A stretch of 64,000 nt of DNA. It comes from Paramecium tetraurelia (taxonomy: Eukaryota). Location: positions 377,027 to 441,026 of the forward strand of contig CT868671.1 of the NCBI GenBank assembly GCA_000165425.1. The letters are read 5' to 3'. Position 1 is the stretch's first letter. Each line of letters starts with the position of its first letter. The notes beneath the pieces are model-generated. The model did no database searches and was not told the DNA's origin. It saw nothing but the letters and a program-made list of their open reading frames with translations. Made by a program: the position numbers and the translations under genes. Shown here piece by piece: positions 1 to 13,094 of this stretch.

Positions 1-2098
1 GATACAGGATTAGAAGGAACTAAATAAACAATTCATGTCGGAACTTTGATAGATGATTCATAAATTCAAATTTTGACAAATGGATATAGACACATTAGAA
101 AGAACAAACCCCCCACTGATTATATCATAGATGGCAAAGTTATTAAAGGAGTTTCAAATGAGAAATAAGTAGCATTTGCTTTGGCAGGAGGAGATGTTTA
201 CTATTTTGAATTGGATACTACAAGTGTCTCAGGAAATTTGATAGAGATTACAAAGGATCAAATGGATAATGAAATTAAAGCTTTAGAATTGGGCCCTATT
301 GAAGAGGGGAGACAAAGGTGCAAATTTCTATGTGTGGCTTTGAGTGATTAAACAATCAGATTGTTGAGTTTAGAGCCTGAATCTTGTTTTGAAAGAGGAG
401 CCATGTAAGCGTTGCCCAGTGAGGCTGAAAGCTTATGCATGATGGAAATGGCCTCTGAATAGGAAGGGTAATAAAGTTTTACAAAATAGTTATTTTTATT
501 TATAGGTTTGAATAATGGTCTCTTAATGAGAACTTCAGTTGATTAATTGTCAGGAGGTTTGTCTGACACAAGAACAAGATATTTAGGAACGAAGCCTGTG
601 AAATGTCTGAGGATTACAGCCAATTAATAACAGGCTATGTTGGCATTGTCGTCTAGATCATGGTTGTGTTATAATAACAGTGGTCGCATATTCATGTAGC
701 CATTATCTTATGATTATTTGGATTATGCTTCGGCTTTTCTTGCTAAGGAATTTTAAGGTATTGTTGGTACTAATTAAAGTACTTTACGAATTATCATGCC
801 AGAGAGATTTGGTGAAATATTTAATTAGTAGTCATTAGATTTGACATATTCTCCTAGGAAGATGATTTTTCATGAACCTAGCAAAGCAATATTCATAATT
901 GAATCTGACAACCGATCCTACAACAATATTTAATAGAAGGTTTAGGAAGTCTATTAGACTGAAGAGTTACCAGAATAATGGAATCAAATTCAAGCTGAAC
1001 AATATAAGTGGGCATCTTTGATTCGAATAGTTGATGCTACTAAATTGGAAACTGTTAACGTTCATCAATTCTATGAGAATTAACACGCATGTTCAATCTG
1101 TTACATTTAATTTGCTGGCTATCCAGAGTAATACATATGTGTTGGCACAGTGAAGGATCTTGTGAATGAGCCATCTAGGAAATTCAGCCAAGGATTCATT
1201 CACACATTTGTTTATGATAATAAGACTTTGAAGTTGAAACATTCCACTCCCATTGATGAAATTCCATACGCATTAGCAGCTTGGAGAGGAAGATTGTTAG
1301 TCGGAGCTGGATGCAATCTAAGAGTCTATGAAATGGGAAATCAAAGAATTTTGAAGAAGGCAGAAATTAAAAACCTGAATTCTTTCATCACTTCAATTAT
1401 GGTCAAAGAAGATAGAATCTATGTGGCAGAAGTGGCTGATTCCATTCATCTCCTTAGATATAATATAAGAGATCAAACATTCATGGAATTGGCAGATGAT
1501 ATCCTACCAAGATATGTAACTGCTAGTACTGTACTAGATTATCACACTGTTATTGCAGGCGATAAATTTGAAAACATTTTTGTTAGCAGAGTACCATTAG
1601 ATATTGATGAAGAATAAGAAGAACATCCATATGAATACAAGATGAAGATGGATCAAGGTTGTATGAATGGAGCTCCATTCAAAATGGATTAAATTTGTAA
1701 TTTTTATGTAGGTGAAGTCATCACTAGTCTCTAAAAAATTGCTTTAGTGTCTACCAGTTCAGAAGTGGTTGTTTATGGAACATCCATGGGATCAATTGCT
1801 GCGCTTTATCCATTTGATAATAAAGAAGACATTGATTTCTTCCTCCATCTTGAAATGTATCTTAGAGTTGAACATCAACCACTTTCTGGAAGAGATCATA
1901 TGTAATTTAGATCTGCCTATGGGCCTTGTAAAGTAAATATTCTATATAACATTTTTATAGTCTATCATTGATGGAGATTTGTGTGATCAATTTGGAAATA
2001 TGCAATATAACAAATAAAGAGCTGTAGCAGAAGAATTTGATAGGACTCCCGCTGACATTATAAAAAAACTTGAAGACATTAGAAATAAAATTTTATGA
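1..2098 (+). CDS. SF3B3: Splicing factor 3B subunit 3 (SAP130/Rse1), 5'-truncated by the window edge
   Basis: Frame 1 is open from base 1 with TAR=Gln. Conserved segments: GRLLVGAG..LRVYEMGNQRILKKAE, ELADDILPRYVTA, AGDKFENIFVSR, FFLHLEMYLR, LSGRDHMQFRSAYGP, IIDGDLCDQF, KKLEDIR. One 28-nt intron at 1933-1960; TGA at 2096-2098. Confidence 0.96.
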
Positions 2099-2382
2099 AT
2101 ATTTTAATTATACAATAAAATATAACAACATATTATTCAATTCTCATTATTCATTTTAGCATTTCTAAAATACATGGACATGTATTAATAATTTTAATAG
2201 ATTTTATGTAAAATATGAGTATATAAATGACAATAAATCTAAAAAACTACTGATAGAAATATGTTATTTAGAAGTTCTGAAAAATTTCAAGATGTACTGA
2301 TTTTTAATGTTAGAGTGGGTTAGTGAAACAGACTTTAACTTAATATAGTATTATTTAATATATTTTCATACACTTTTATTTA

Positions 2383-2899
2383 ATGATAAATATCGTAAAT
2401 ACTTTTCATCATTATTCTAGTTCCCGTTAAGTCTATTATTAACAGCCAAAGGATCAGATGTGGTATATTTTAAGGAATGATAAGAATAGGTAATTGAAGT
2501 TAAAGCTGGAGATACATACGATGGTAAATTAGAATTATTAGATAAATTTATGAATGCCAAATTAACCAATGTCAAACACACATCAAAAGTAATTGATTCC
2601 CTTATATCTTTCTCAGGATGGAAATTCATTTCATGGTATCAAAGAATTGCTAATTAAAGGAAATTCGATTAAGTATTTTAGATTGGTATGAATAGTAATA
2701 TTGATATTTAAGAATCCTGATGCTGAGAAAAAGGCTTAAGAGGAAGCTGAGATATGTAATTTTCCAATTTAAAGTAGACGAATAGCAATAATAACAAAAA
2801 TAATAAAAGCAAAATGAATAAAAATAATAAAGAAAAGCTCAAAATTAAAAGTCACGTGGAAAGTCTTATCCTTAAAAGCAGCCTCAATAGAGAAGATGA
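2383..2899 (+). CDS. LSM4: U6 snRNA-associated Sm-like protein LSm4-like
   Basis: After removing five tiny GT-AG introns: MINIFPLSLLLTAKGSDVVIEVKAGDTYDGKLELLDKFMNAKLTNVKHTSKDGNSFHGIKELLIKGNSIKYFRL plus a Q-rich tail. Matches the Lsm4 pattern PLSLL..A / MN..L..V..TS.DG..F / I.G..IKY.R. Confidence 0.85.
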
Positions 2900-2950
2900 G
2901 TTATTTGTTATATTATTATCAAATACAAATAAAAATAAGAACATTAACTT

Positions 2951-4469
2951 TCAATCGAATTCCCCATTATTATCGATAAATGCTTATTCCACTTGAATTT
3001 AATCGTCATCTCCTACTGCACTTCCAATCAAATTATTATTGTCATCCTACTGCTGCATTTACTCATCTGATACAGAACCCCTATTGAAAATATAACTTTG
3101 ATTATTCTTACATACAACAAGTTTAAACATTCCAATCTTTTAATACTTGAAAATTGAGAACGCTTCTTCCTATCTATATAGCAAGGTTCTTATTCATATC
3201 AACTGAGACTTAAGTTGGATTTTTCATTAATACCAAAGTTCCAAATTTGGACTGTTGATCTTCAATAAAAAATTAAGCTATATCAATGAAAATAGAATTT
3301 ACAATTAGAATATTTGATTATAGCATGTAATCTTGAAACTGAAATATCAGTAATACGAACATCAGAATCATGACCTCTTCCTAATTTTATAAACTTCTTT
3401 TATGAAAAACTAATGATGTGTGTTCCTTTGCTTTGATTTCTATCTCTACTCAATATCTCTAGTGTTAAATAGGGAGGTTCTGGTTTAGGGAGTACAATTG
3501 TTTCATAAATTCTGTTTTAGTATTTGATTCTATCTGTTCATATATTTTAATATTTACTAGGAATAGGAGCTTTGCAGACTTCGCATTCGAATTATTTCCA
3601 TTAAAAGGAAACTGAGAATTTAGTGGTTTTTGGTTATAATTTATTAAGCAGCCAAGTTTACAAACATACCAAATGGATAAACTTTACTGATCCTTAGCAC
3701 TTGCAACAATCAATCAAAGGATTATTTAAATCTGTTTAAGCATCGTTATAACATATCCTACATTATGGTTCTTCCACCTAACTCTATTCATCTTCCTATG
3801 TATGAATGTTCATGAGGTTTAAACTTTTATCGGATACAAATTTCTATAATTCTGGTTCAATGGGCAACTCCTAATTATTGGGGTTGGCACTTGAACAACT
3901 GATCTCTCGAATTCTAAATCGAACTCTTCCCAACTTTATGTAATCATTTTATTTCAAGGAATAACCCTATCAAGCATAGTATAATAAATTAACTGCTTAA
4001 TCATTCTTTTGACTCTTTAATGATTTAACTACAACCCAAGGACTAAAATCCGATAAACCTTCAGTTTCCTCTGATATTTATTGCTAGTATATCGATTCAA
4101 TAAAATATTTAGTTATCTAACGATTTATTCTTATAAGTTCCTGTACATCTGATTAGTTTTGATATTACTAAAAGTAATTCATTAAAATTTATATATTACT
4201 AACAGCTCATCCTTCGTTTAAACAACTCTTATGGCTTCCTTTTATCTGATAAATATCACTTTCATTCATAATAATAAATACTTTTTGACGAATTGGTTTT
4301 TAATTACCCTTTTATCACATTTTTATTTTCATAATCGAACAAACCATGAGAATCTCGACTCCATGTGAAGTGTTTTATTTCTCTAATGTTACTTTACTAT
4401 TATTTACAATGATAATGCTATTTAATTAGCATTTCTAACATCATCCTAATTTGAAACACAAGTACCCAT
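2951..4469 (-). CDS. FHA + RING-variant (C4HC3) + FHA domain protein, probable E3 ligase
   Basis: Starts MGTCVS; WSRDSHGLFDYE motif; FHA-like IKLGRVRFRIREI; RINGv CRICY..NPLIDCCKCQGSVKFIHLVCLQTW..CEVCK; C-terminal FHA KLGRGHDSDVRITDISVSRLHA..SKFGTL. Several tiny introns. Confidence 0.88.
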
Positions 4470-4523
4470 ATTTTACTTTATAAAGTAATTATTTATATAT
4501 ATTAAATGAATTCCTATTTTAAA

Positions 4524-5526
4524 TCATTCATCTGCATTTTCATCTTATCCGTCTTCTCCTCCTTCTCCTACTAGTTTTTTATATTATTTCTAATAAGAGT
4601 TGAGTTTCTTCTCCAATGTTGCTTTCTCATCATATAATCGATCTAATTCATTGGTTCCAACAGCCGCTCCTGATGGACTGGCATTCTCCTTCAGAGCATT
4701 CATTCTTTCCTTATATCTTCCTTGTCTAACCATAACTAAAAATAAGTTACTATTAAAATTACCATAATTATCTTCCCATCCTCTTTCTGAGTTTTTACTA
4801 TTGGGTTCTTCTGCTTTAGTTTCTTTTCTTTTTTTATTATTTACAGTTTTTAGCACAATTAATTATCGTTTTGGACATTTATCAGATCCATCTCCAATCA
4901 AATAGTTCTATGGACATTGTATGCCATCCCCATCTAGTTAAACACAACTAATAATTATGTGCGGTTAATCTTCACACCATCCACAAGCTGTATCTTTTAC
5001 ACATGACTTTCCTTAAAAATATAAATACATCGCAATCAACATATCGAGCACATTCTCCAGCGCAATATAAATAATTATAAAAATTGCACATTGTATAAAA
5101 TGGAGCTATATTATCACCTGCTACACATTTTTCTTCCATGCTACACCAACCACATTTTGCATTTTTAGTACATGCAGCACAATCTTTAAATTCTAAGCAT
5201 TCATCAGATTTTTCATTAGTTGGCATATTATATTTCAAAGATTCTATTTAAACATTAATATCAGAAAGTCGTTTAGTGATTTTTTCTATTTATTCTTCTA
5301 AAACTACTTTTGATAATTATTTTGCCATATAGATTTATTCATCTTGTTTTGTTGCTTCACATTCCTTTTCATCTTCTTATTCTTAATTATTTTCATTTGA
5401 ATTTTCTTCTAATTCTATGTCTCCATGTAATTCTTAATATAACTTTTTTGCTTCATCCATCCCATCTCCATCTTAACATTTAATTTGTATTAAAACGAAT
5501 AAGCAAATTATTATTAATTTAAACAT
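4524..5526 (-). CDS. Secreted cysteine-rich PSI (plexin-repeat) domain protein
   Basis: Signal peptide MFKLIIICLFVLIQIKC; acidic coiled region; CLEFKDCAACTKNAKCGWCSMEEKCV and a second CGWC repeat; TGA at 4526-4524. Confidence 0.8.
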
Positions 5527-5980
5527 TATTTATCTAATAAACAAAGTTCTATATATTTATATTGTATCACTTTGGAATGTTAATTTACGCACTTTGTATT
5601 CTTTAGATATAGTAGTTTGGTTTAATATTTTAAGTGGTTAGCAATTTATTATGTATGATGTTTTTCAGGTTGACAACTAATGTGAAAATTTAGATACTTC
5701 AAAATTATGCACTAAAACCCATAGATTATAATTTAGTAAATTATTAGGGAAATTTGTAGTTGTAAAACCTGCAATTTTAAAAGTGATAATAATAATTTCA
5801 GTGACATTCTTTCTCAAAAAATTATTTAAATGAAAAAATAAAAAATTCTAATATTATTTCTATTATTTAAGATATTTCAATAGTCAAATAGATTTTTATT
5901 CAATTTTCAAATATGATTTATTGATTATTATAAAGTATAGTAACATGATTTATAAATAAATTGCTATTCTCAATTATTTA

Positions 5981-6907
5981 TCATTGAATTTGTAGCATTA
6001 TCTTATTGTAATCTTCGCAACCTTTTCTTAATGAATTAATCCAACCAACAGGGGCTCTCGAAGCTACATAGTTAACTAAGCTCTATTTATATAATATTTT
6101 TGTCATACTTTTGGAATGTCCCCTTTGACATCATTATTTGAACAAAAATACAATCGACTTCCTCCAGGTATAGATTCTAAAATATAACCTGAAATTAATG
6201 TTTCTGCTCTGATATGCCCTTTGAATTTAGGGGCTTTTTTGTGATCTACACTAAAATATAAAAGACAAGTTTTTCCAGGCTTTGGAAAATCGTATTTCAA
6301 TATTCTTTTCTAACAAAACTCTCTGTTATCTACACAAGGTGGACTGTTAACATAGTAATAAATGATCTCAGTCAAAATTCTCTAAACACAAAACCTCTGT
6401 AAGTTGATGTTATTCAGATACTTGACCATAATCAATTTACCCTAAATCATCAAATTGAAGTTTACCCATTTTAGTAAGCCTTTTACTCTGATGACAAAGA
6501 TATCAAATTCAGTTAAATTTATCCCTTTTGTAGCAATTTTTTTTGAGATCTTCCTTCCTAAGTACCTTCCCAAAATTATGCCAATAGCTCCTCCACCTAT
6601 GGCTCCTAAAAAGGTAAATCCAAGGGCCAAAAAGCCAATCACTCCTAAAACTGTTATCCCTAATATAGTGCTAATTTAGTCTCATAAGCTACCCTAAGTT
6701 TTAGTTATTCCCAAGTGAAATATTAGTGAAGATGGTTCTATGTTCTAATTTTTATTTATCAGTTAGTCCATATATAGGCAAAAAAGTGGCACCACTCAAT
6801 AATTTATCCATTAATTCATTAATCTCCATTGGATTGTGAATTTTTTTTAAATACGAATTTACAAGTGAAGATAAGGATTTTGGATTTTATAATCTCATGT
6901 TAATCAT
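5981..6907 (-). CDS. Membrane-anchored protein with a C-terminal START-domain segment
   Basis: Gly-rich hydrophobic segment TILGITVLGVIGFLALGFTFLGAIGGGAIGIILG, then START-like PPCVDNREFC..SVDHKKAP..GHIRAET..GYILE..DVKGDIPK..LVNYVASRAPVGWINSLRKGC. Frame restored by a 22-nt intron GTAGCTTATGAGACTAAATTAG. Confidence 0.75.
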
Positions 6908-7203
6908 ATAACTTAAATTTATATTTAATAAAATTTAAGAATGAATTATGAATAAAGAAATAATTGTTAATTTCAAATAGTATTTTTTCTATTTCGATTA
7001 GGTTAATGTAAACATGATATGTAGTGATTTTTATTATGAGTTCAAAAAGAATGGCGAACAACTAAGGTTAAATACTTTGAATTAAATAGAAGAAAAATAA
7101 AGACAAATTAGTGAGACAATATTTGGACTAACTCAATTTATAATGAAAATAAAAAAATTACTTCCAAGTTAATTATATAATTATTTAATTTATCATAAAT
7201 TTA

Positions 7204-7618
7204 ATGTCTAGATAAGTTATCAGATTGCCAGCTGAAGTAAATAGAATACTTTATGTAAGAAATTTACCATATAAAATTACATCTGAAGAAATGTATGATA
7301 TATTTGGAAAATTCGGAGCAATTAGATAAATTCGAAAGTAATTCATCTGGATTAGATTATTTTAGGGGGACTCATGGAGATAAAAAAGGAACAGCTTTTG
7401 TAGTTTATGAGGATATTTATGATGCAAAAAATGCTTTTGATAATATATCTGGTTTTAATGTTGCAGGAAGGTATATTGATATTTTTTATTAATTGTTATT
7501 TAGATATTTGATTGTGTTATATTATCAACCTTAAAAGATGTAAGAGAGACAAGACCTTGAATTTTAGAGAAAGTAAATTGAAAAACTTCGTGAATAATAG
7601 AGATAATAATAGTAATGA
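7204..7618 (+). CDS. SF3B6: Splicing factor 3B subunit 6 (p14, branch-site RRM protein)
   Basis: [79 protein letters not shown]. Two introns of 28 and 33 nt; TGA at 7616-7618. Confidence 0.96.
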
Positions 7619-7626
7619 ATTTTATA

Positions 7627-8808
7627 ATGAATTAATAATTTACAGATATTATTAATGATGAACTTGATCCTATTCTTGGAGAATTTACATCTCAAACATT
7701 GGCATCTTCAAGTATAATAACCTCTCCTCTCAAACTTATAAGGCAGTCTAATGTGATAGAGATTCAGAATGTTCATACTAAATATAAAAGAGTAATTCAA
7801 GAAACTATATAAAAAATAATTCTTGAAATTGAGAAATACTATCAATAACTTATAGAAAGAAATTAAGCTATTAATTTTAAACTTTATTAGAGAATAGCTG
7901 AATAGACATCAAATATTTAATAACTGTAAGACATAGTGAACTAACTGACTTTAGATAATATGCAATTTAGGAATAAATAATATGAAGAAGAGATCACATA
8001 AGAATTCTATGATCCTTAATAGTATACAATTAGGTAGTAGAAAAAAGAATTATTGGAATTATATGATTTAAATGATCAATTATCAAATAAATTAAAAAGA
8101 TAAGAAAGTGTAAATAGTTAATGGCAGGATACAATAAAGAGGTAAAATTCATAATTACTTTTTTATGAAAAAAAAATTACAGAATAAGAATAATTCATAT
8201 CAGATTTGAAAATCCAGATATCAGAACTTCAAAAATAAAATACTGAATTACAATAACAGTTCAATAATATTTCGAAATAGTCCTAAAAATGCATTGATCG
8301 ATTGAATCAGCATGAAAAAAATGATATACATTCAAGCAAAGGCAAATATTCGACTTTGAATTAAAATGAAACCATAGAAACCTAATAATAATCAAATAAA
8401 CTAACAAGCTAATTAAAAATTATAAATACAACCGATCATGAAACAGCTACATAGCCATCTTAGAAATGCATACTATAAAAAAGGTAGAAACTGATTTTAC
8501 AATCTTTGGAATACTAAAATTGCAGTGACTTTGAAATCAGTGTTAAAAATAGATAATATTACTAAAATACAATTAAAAAAACAGAATTACTTGATATTTC
8601 TGACATCATAAAGCCAAAATTCTAAAAAAAACCTTAAATCTTAGATGATTTATATTTATACTCAAACAGGTAGAGAAATAGTAGTGTAGATCATTATTAT
8701 GAGCCACCAAAATAATACAGGTTTAACGTAAAGTAGACGTTACAATCTCCTTTAAGTTAAAGGAAGGGTCATTTTTCGAAGAAAAACAGGCTTTGTACAT
8801 TAGAATGA
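7627..8808 (+). CDS. Hypothetical coiled-coil protein
   Basis: Apparently intronless frame-1 ORF (TAR=Gln), Q/E/K-rich with heptad character, ending at TGA 8806-8808. No recognised domain. Confidence 0.7.
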
Positions 8809-8875
8809 TGTTTTATTGAACTTATTTGTTTAAAGAATAAAATAAAATTTTATTTAATCTTATTTTTATAATTTA

Positions 8876-10331
8876 ATGAATTTCTATTTCTTTATTTAAT
8901 ATGCAGTTGAGGCAGAAGCAAAGCTTGAGGAAATCAGGATACTCTTAGCAAGCTAGAACAATTTTGAACCATTTACAAGTAAAATAATTATATCACAATT
9001 AGCATACAAAAGATTAGATTAGCCAAGAACTGGAGGATTAAAACCAGAAAACATCTATGAATTTTTATTGGATAATGAAATTTAAGTAGGTTAAGATGAA
9101 CTTGATTATATCTTCAGAGTTTTAGATGAAGATTCTGATAGTTTAGTAACTTATTAGGAGTATTATTTTCACATAAATAATTAGCTTCAAGAATGCGATT
9201 TTGCCTAAGATGAATGATTAGGTGAAAGATTAAGCCTTAAATCATAAGAGCTATGATCTTCCCGTAGATATGTAATTACCAAAAGAGATCGAAACTCAAT
9301 TGTCATAATTTTTTATTTAGATAAAATAAAATTATTTGTAAATTATATTATTATTTCTTAGATAATATTAGCAAATACAAGAAAAAATTGACTTGAATTA
9401 ATTGGATATTTATGATAATGATAATTAAATTACAGTTGATTCCTTGAAGAATTGGTTGTAATAATAAGGAGAAGATATTAGCAATGAAATTCTTGAGAAT
9501 TTCGTTACTATTATTTAAGGATAGCAATAATAGCTCTAAATTTTATTAGATCAAATTTATACTGAAAATTAAGAGGAACAAGAACAATAAGTAGAAGAAA
9601 ATGTTGATTAAGAACAATAACAAGAAGATTAAGAATAAGAATAAGCTTTATAAGAAGATTAAGAACAGTTTTTATAAGAAGAGGAATTGGAATAGGTACA
9701 GCAAAAAGATACTGATTAGGACGAAAATGATACCTAGTAAAACAATCAATAAGAACAATAGTCATAAGAAATAGAATATAAATCTTTGGATTACAAAAAA
9801 TCAAAAAATGACTCTTATAATGATATAGATTACCAAATTCAATAACTAAAGAATAAGATAAACAAATTAGAAGTTATTTTAGGATAGAAAAATACATCTC
9901 CTATAGGGTCGCTATTGAAGAATGAATACAATAGAGAGTTATTAAACTTCTCAAGAATGAGTTATCAAAGAAAATTCAATCCATCCTCTCCAACATAGAA
10001 GAATGATTTGATAAGATAATAATTAAGGTTAGATGAAGAAATCAAAATAGAAGAAATAAAATAAAAAATCCTATTAACATAAATAAATAATTCAACCAAT
10101 GTTCATTCATCTGGATTTTATTCAAATAGATTTTAAAAGTAATCAAAATTCATTTATATTTTAGTCAAATATTCCAAAGCCCACTTAACTAATCAAAATC
10201 AAAGTATATATCTGATAATTCTGGAAACAAAGTAAGATTATTTATAATGTTTATAGTATATTGGCAGTAATAGAAAACAGTATCCAAATTTCTTCTAGAA
10301 ATCAATCAATTTTAGCAATAGAAAATTTTGA
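8876..10331 (+). CDS. EF-hand domain protein with a Q/E-rich low-complexity C-terminal half
   Basis: NFEPFT.YKRLDQPRTGGLKPENIYEFL and IFRVLDEDSDSLVTYQ EF-hand-like loops; multiple tiny introns; TGA at 10329-10331. Confidence 0.75.
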
Positions 10332-10368
10332 AATATATAAATAATATTATTTTTTAATTTTATTAATC

Positions 10369-11102
10369 TCACTTTTCATCAGGTGTTGGAAAACTCTTTA
10401 TATCAAGAACAAATCCCTCACCTGATTATTCGTATTGATTCCCATTTGAACTATAATACTAATTATAATGCACTTATTATGTATCCTTTTATCCAATCTA
10501 AAAGATGGTTCTATTTTAGTTGTTTCTATTTCTTAATTATCCGTATTAATTATTTTAATTGGTATATTAATATCTATTAATGTTGTTATTTTAAACGTAA
10601 TGTTGCTGGTTTATCCATTATTATGATGGCTGATTAGGTTGAGCAGGCTTGTAAGCTTTTGTTTAATCAACTGCTAAAGGATCCATTGCTTTTAATTTAT
10701 CCAAGGTCCCCTATAATATCGATTGTAAATTGTTTTAGTATTATTCCAAATATATCCACTTTCCAGGAGAACCCCATGAAATCATGAGACTGGGTTTTAA
10801 ATAATTTTACGAATACCAAATATCCATATTTTTGGTTGGAAACCCCCCTTAAGTCTAAATAAAAAAATCCAAATTACTTTGTTTGATTTATCAATATAAA
10901 ACCATAATGATTCATTAATGTCTTTGTTGTGTAATTGAGCTTGTATAGAAAATGGTGAAGTTTTAATTTATTCGCTCTTAAAAAGAATAGAAGGCAACTA
11001 ATCTACAGTTTTAGAGTTCTCATTATTGTTATTAAAACCCAAGAGTTGATTTAATTCATCATCGCTAATACAAGCTTCTTAAACTTTAGCTGTTTCTTCT
11101 GG

Positions 11103-11148
<46 letters not shown>

Positions 11149-11948
11149 GTTTAGATTTATTTAGTTAATTGTCGTTTCTCTATTTCCTCAACTGTTAGAA
11201 TATTATGATTGACTACCACAGGAGTTGCTTAGGGTTCAACATTTGTAGAAAAGAGTTCAAAAAGTTTTTATTTAGTTTCGATAGCAGCTTATGATTATTT
11301 TAATTCTTATTCTCTTTTTTCTCTGTACTTCTATTTTTCGATTTCAATACTATTAATAGCTTCTTGTTAAATTTGAAATTCTTATATCTTTTATCTTTTT
11401 TCTTCCTGTTTTTTCTCAAATGTACCATGATCTTTTTGATATTGTTCTCTTTTTGATTAAATTTCATTTTCTATATCATTTAATTTAAAAGGGGCATTGA
11501 ATTATGAGTCTTGCATCCATTAAGGTTCTTCTTCGTCACTGTGATTGCAATGTGTTGTCTAAGAAATAGGTTTGAATGGTTTAGTTGCAAATAATTATGG
11601 TATTTTTTTGGTCAGGTGGACGACTTCTTCAGGAGGTTATAAATATTCTCGATAAGCTGAAAGTAATAATTTTGCATCATAAACATTATTTTAGGGCTAA
11701 CATATTTATTATTTCTCTATTAATAATAATAGGATAAATACATTCATATTCCACTCTCTTATTATCATTTTAATAATGTTATCGATTGTTGTAATATTTT
11801 TTGTTTCTTGAAAATCCATCGTAATTGTTATTATGTGACTATGACTAATTAATTATTGAATTACTTTTCTATATGGCTAAGAATCTTTTTTTTATTCCTA
11901 TTGATCCTTAGCAATATACTAAACTTGGTAATGATATGATTTCGACAT
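10369..11948 (-). CDS. GYF-like domain protein with a poly-Asn tract
   Basis: WFYIDKSNK/TQGGFPTKNMDIWYSQNYLKPSLMI matches the GYF consensus W.Y.D.....QGPF....M..W....YF. The rest is low-complexity Q/N-rich sequence. Confidence 0.72.
11104..11148. repeat. (TTA)15 microsatellite inside the GYF-like gene
   Basis: 15 perfect TTA units counted. In the open minus-strand frame they read as AAT (poly-Asn). Confidence 0.95.
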
Positions 11949-13094
11949 TCTTTATATTTTATTCTTTTTTTAAATATAATTAGAATTGCTAATTAAAATT
12001 TTATTCATTTCATTCTCCTTTGCATAATAGTCATTATTCCTATATCGTAAATAAATTTTCTATTAAAAAATATTGTACTTTATCTACTTCTTATCACCTA
12101 ATTTAGCAAAAAATTAATTAAAGAAAATCAAAAATTTTCTTCTTTCTAAATTTTAAATGAATAATTTAGACATTTCTGTATCTCAAATTGTTTATAGCAC
12201 CACAAAACATTAATATTCAAACTTATACTTAGAATTACCTGTTAGAATATTTAACTGATACAAAATTTCTTATCCAATTTCGTATACAGAAGAAATTGCT
12301 TTAACAATTACAATGTCAAATTTTCATTAACATAATTATTAATTCATCAAATTATTATATCTTTAAAATTAAACTGAAATTTAATCAAATTACTGAATAG
12401 ATTTACAAATTAAAATTAGAATAAATTGATATATGGTTATAGTAATCAAAGATAATATTGACTATGAAGTGCCACAAAATTTATATTCATAACTAACACA
12501 AAACTCAACAATATCTAAATTATGAATGCAATTAGAATGTAGTTCTAACTAAATTATTAATAAACTTAAGAAGAATAAATGATCATTTTATCCGAAAAAC
12601 AAAGCCATTAAAATCACCTCTCTAAAGTTATTACTTGAGTAATATTAGCAAAAGAGAGGGATTAAGAGAATAAAATAGCGAATATAAATTATTATAAATT
12701 TCAAAGTACATAGAAAATCATTGAAGAATATTTATATGATTGAGAATAATATCTTGTTTGGGATCTTAAAATATATCCTTTATTATACAACTCTACTAGT
12801 TGTGTTTATAATATTAGCAATTCCAATAAAGGAGAATAAAAATTAAGTTTTGATTATTTGTTGATTGTAATTTATTAAGTAAATTTTTTATAATTTACAA
12901 AAATTGCTATCAATATCTTAGATTATAATTTAATGATTATTGTAAAGTTAGAACAGGCGGTTAACATATATAATGGATAAGTGAATTTTAACGTAACTTC
13001 ATCATATGTACCGATTATAGAAAAGTTAAGTATGCAAAATATAGACTGAATTTATTTTATTAATATAAATAATATAATATAATATTTATCTCCA

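Noticed and set aside
5530..5975. Possible box C/D snoRNA or other ncRNA in the intergenic region (TGATG-like motif near 5656)
   Set aside because: No matching CTGA box D, terminal stem or recognisable antisense element; the motif is expected by chance in AT-rich DNA.
6669..6700. Apparent frameshift in the START-domain gene
   Set aside because: A 22-nt GT..AG intron restores the frame exactly.
11104..11148. (TAA)15 read as a poly-Gln tract of reassigned stop codons
   Set aside because: The TAA frame hits a TGA shortly downstream; the open frame reads AAT, giving poly-Asn.
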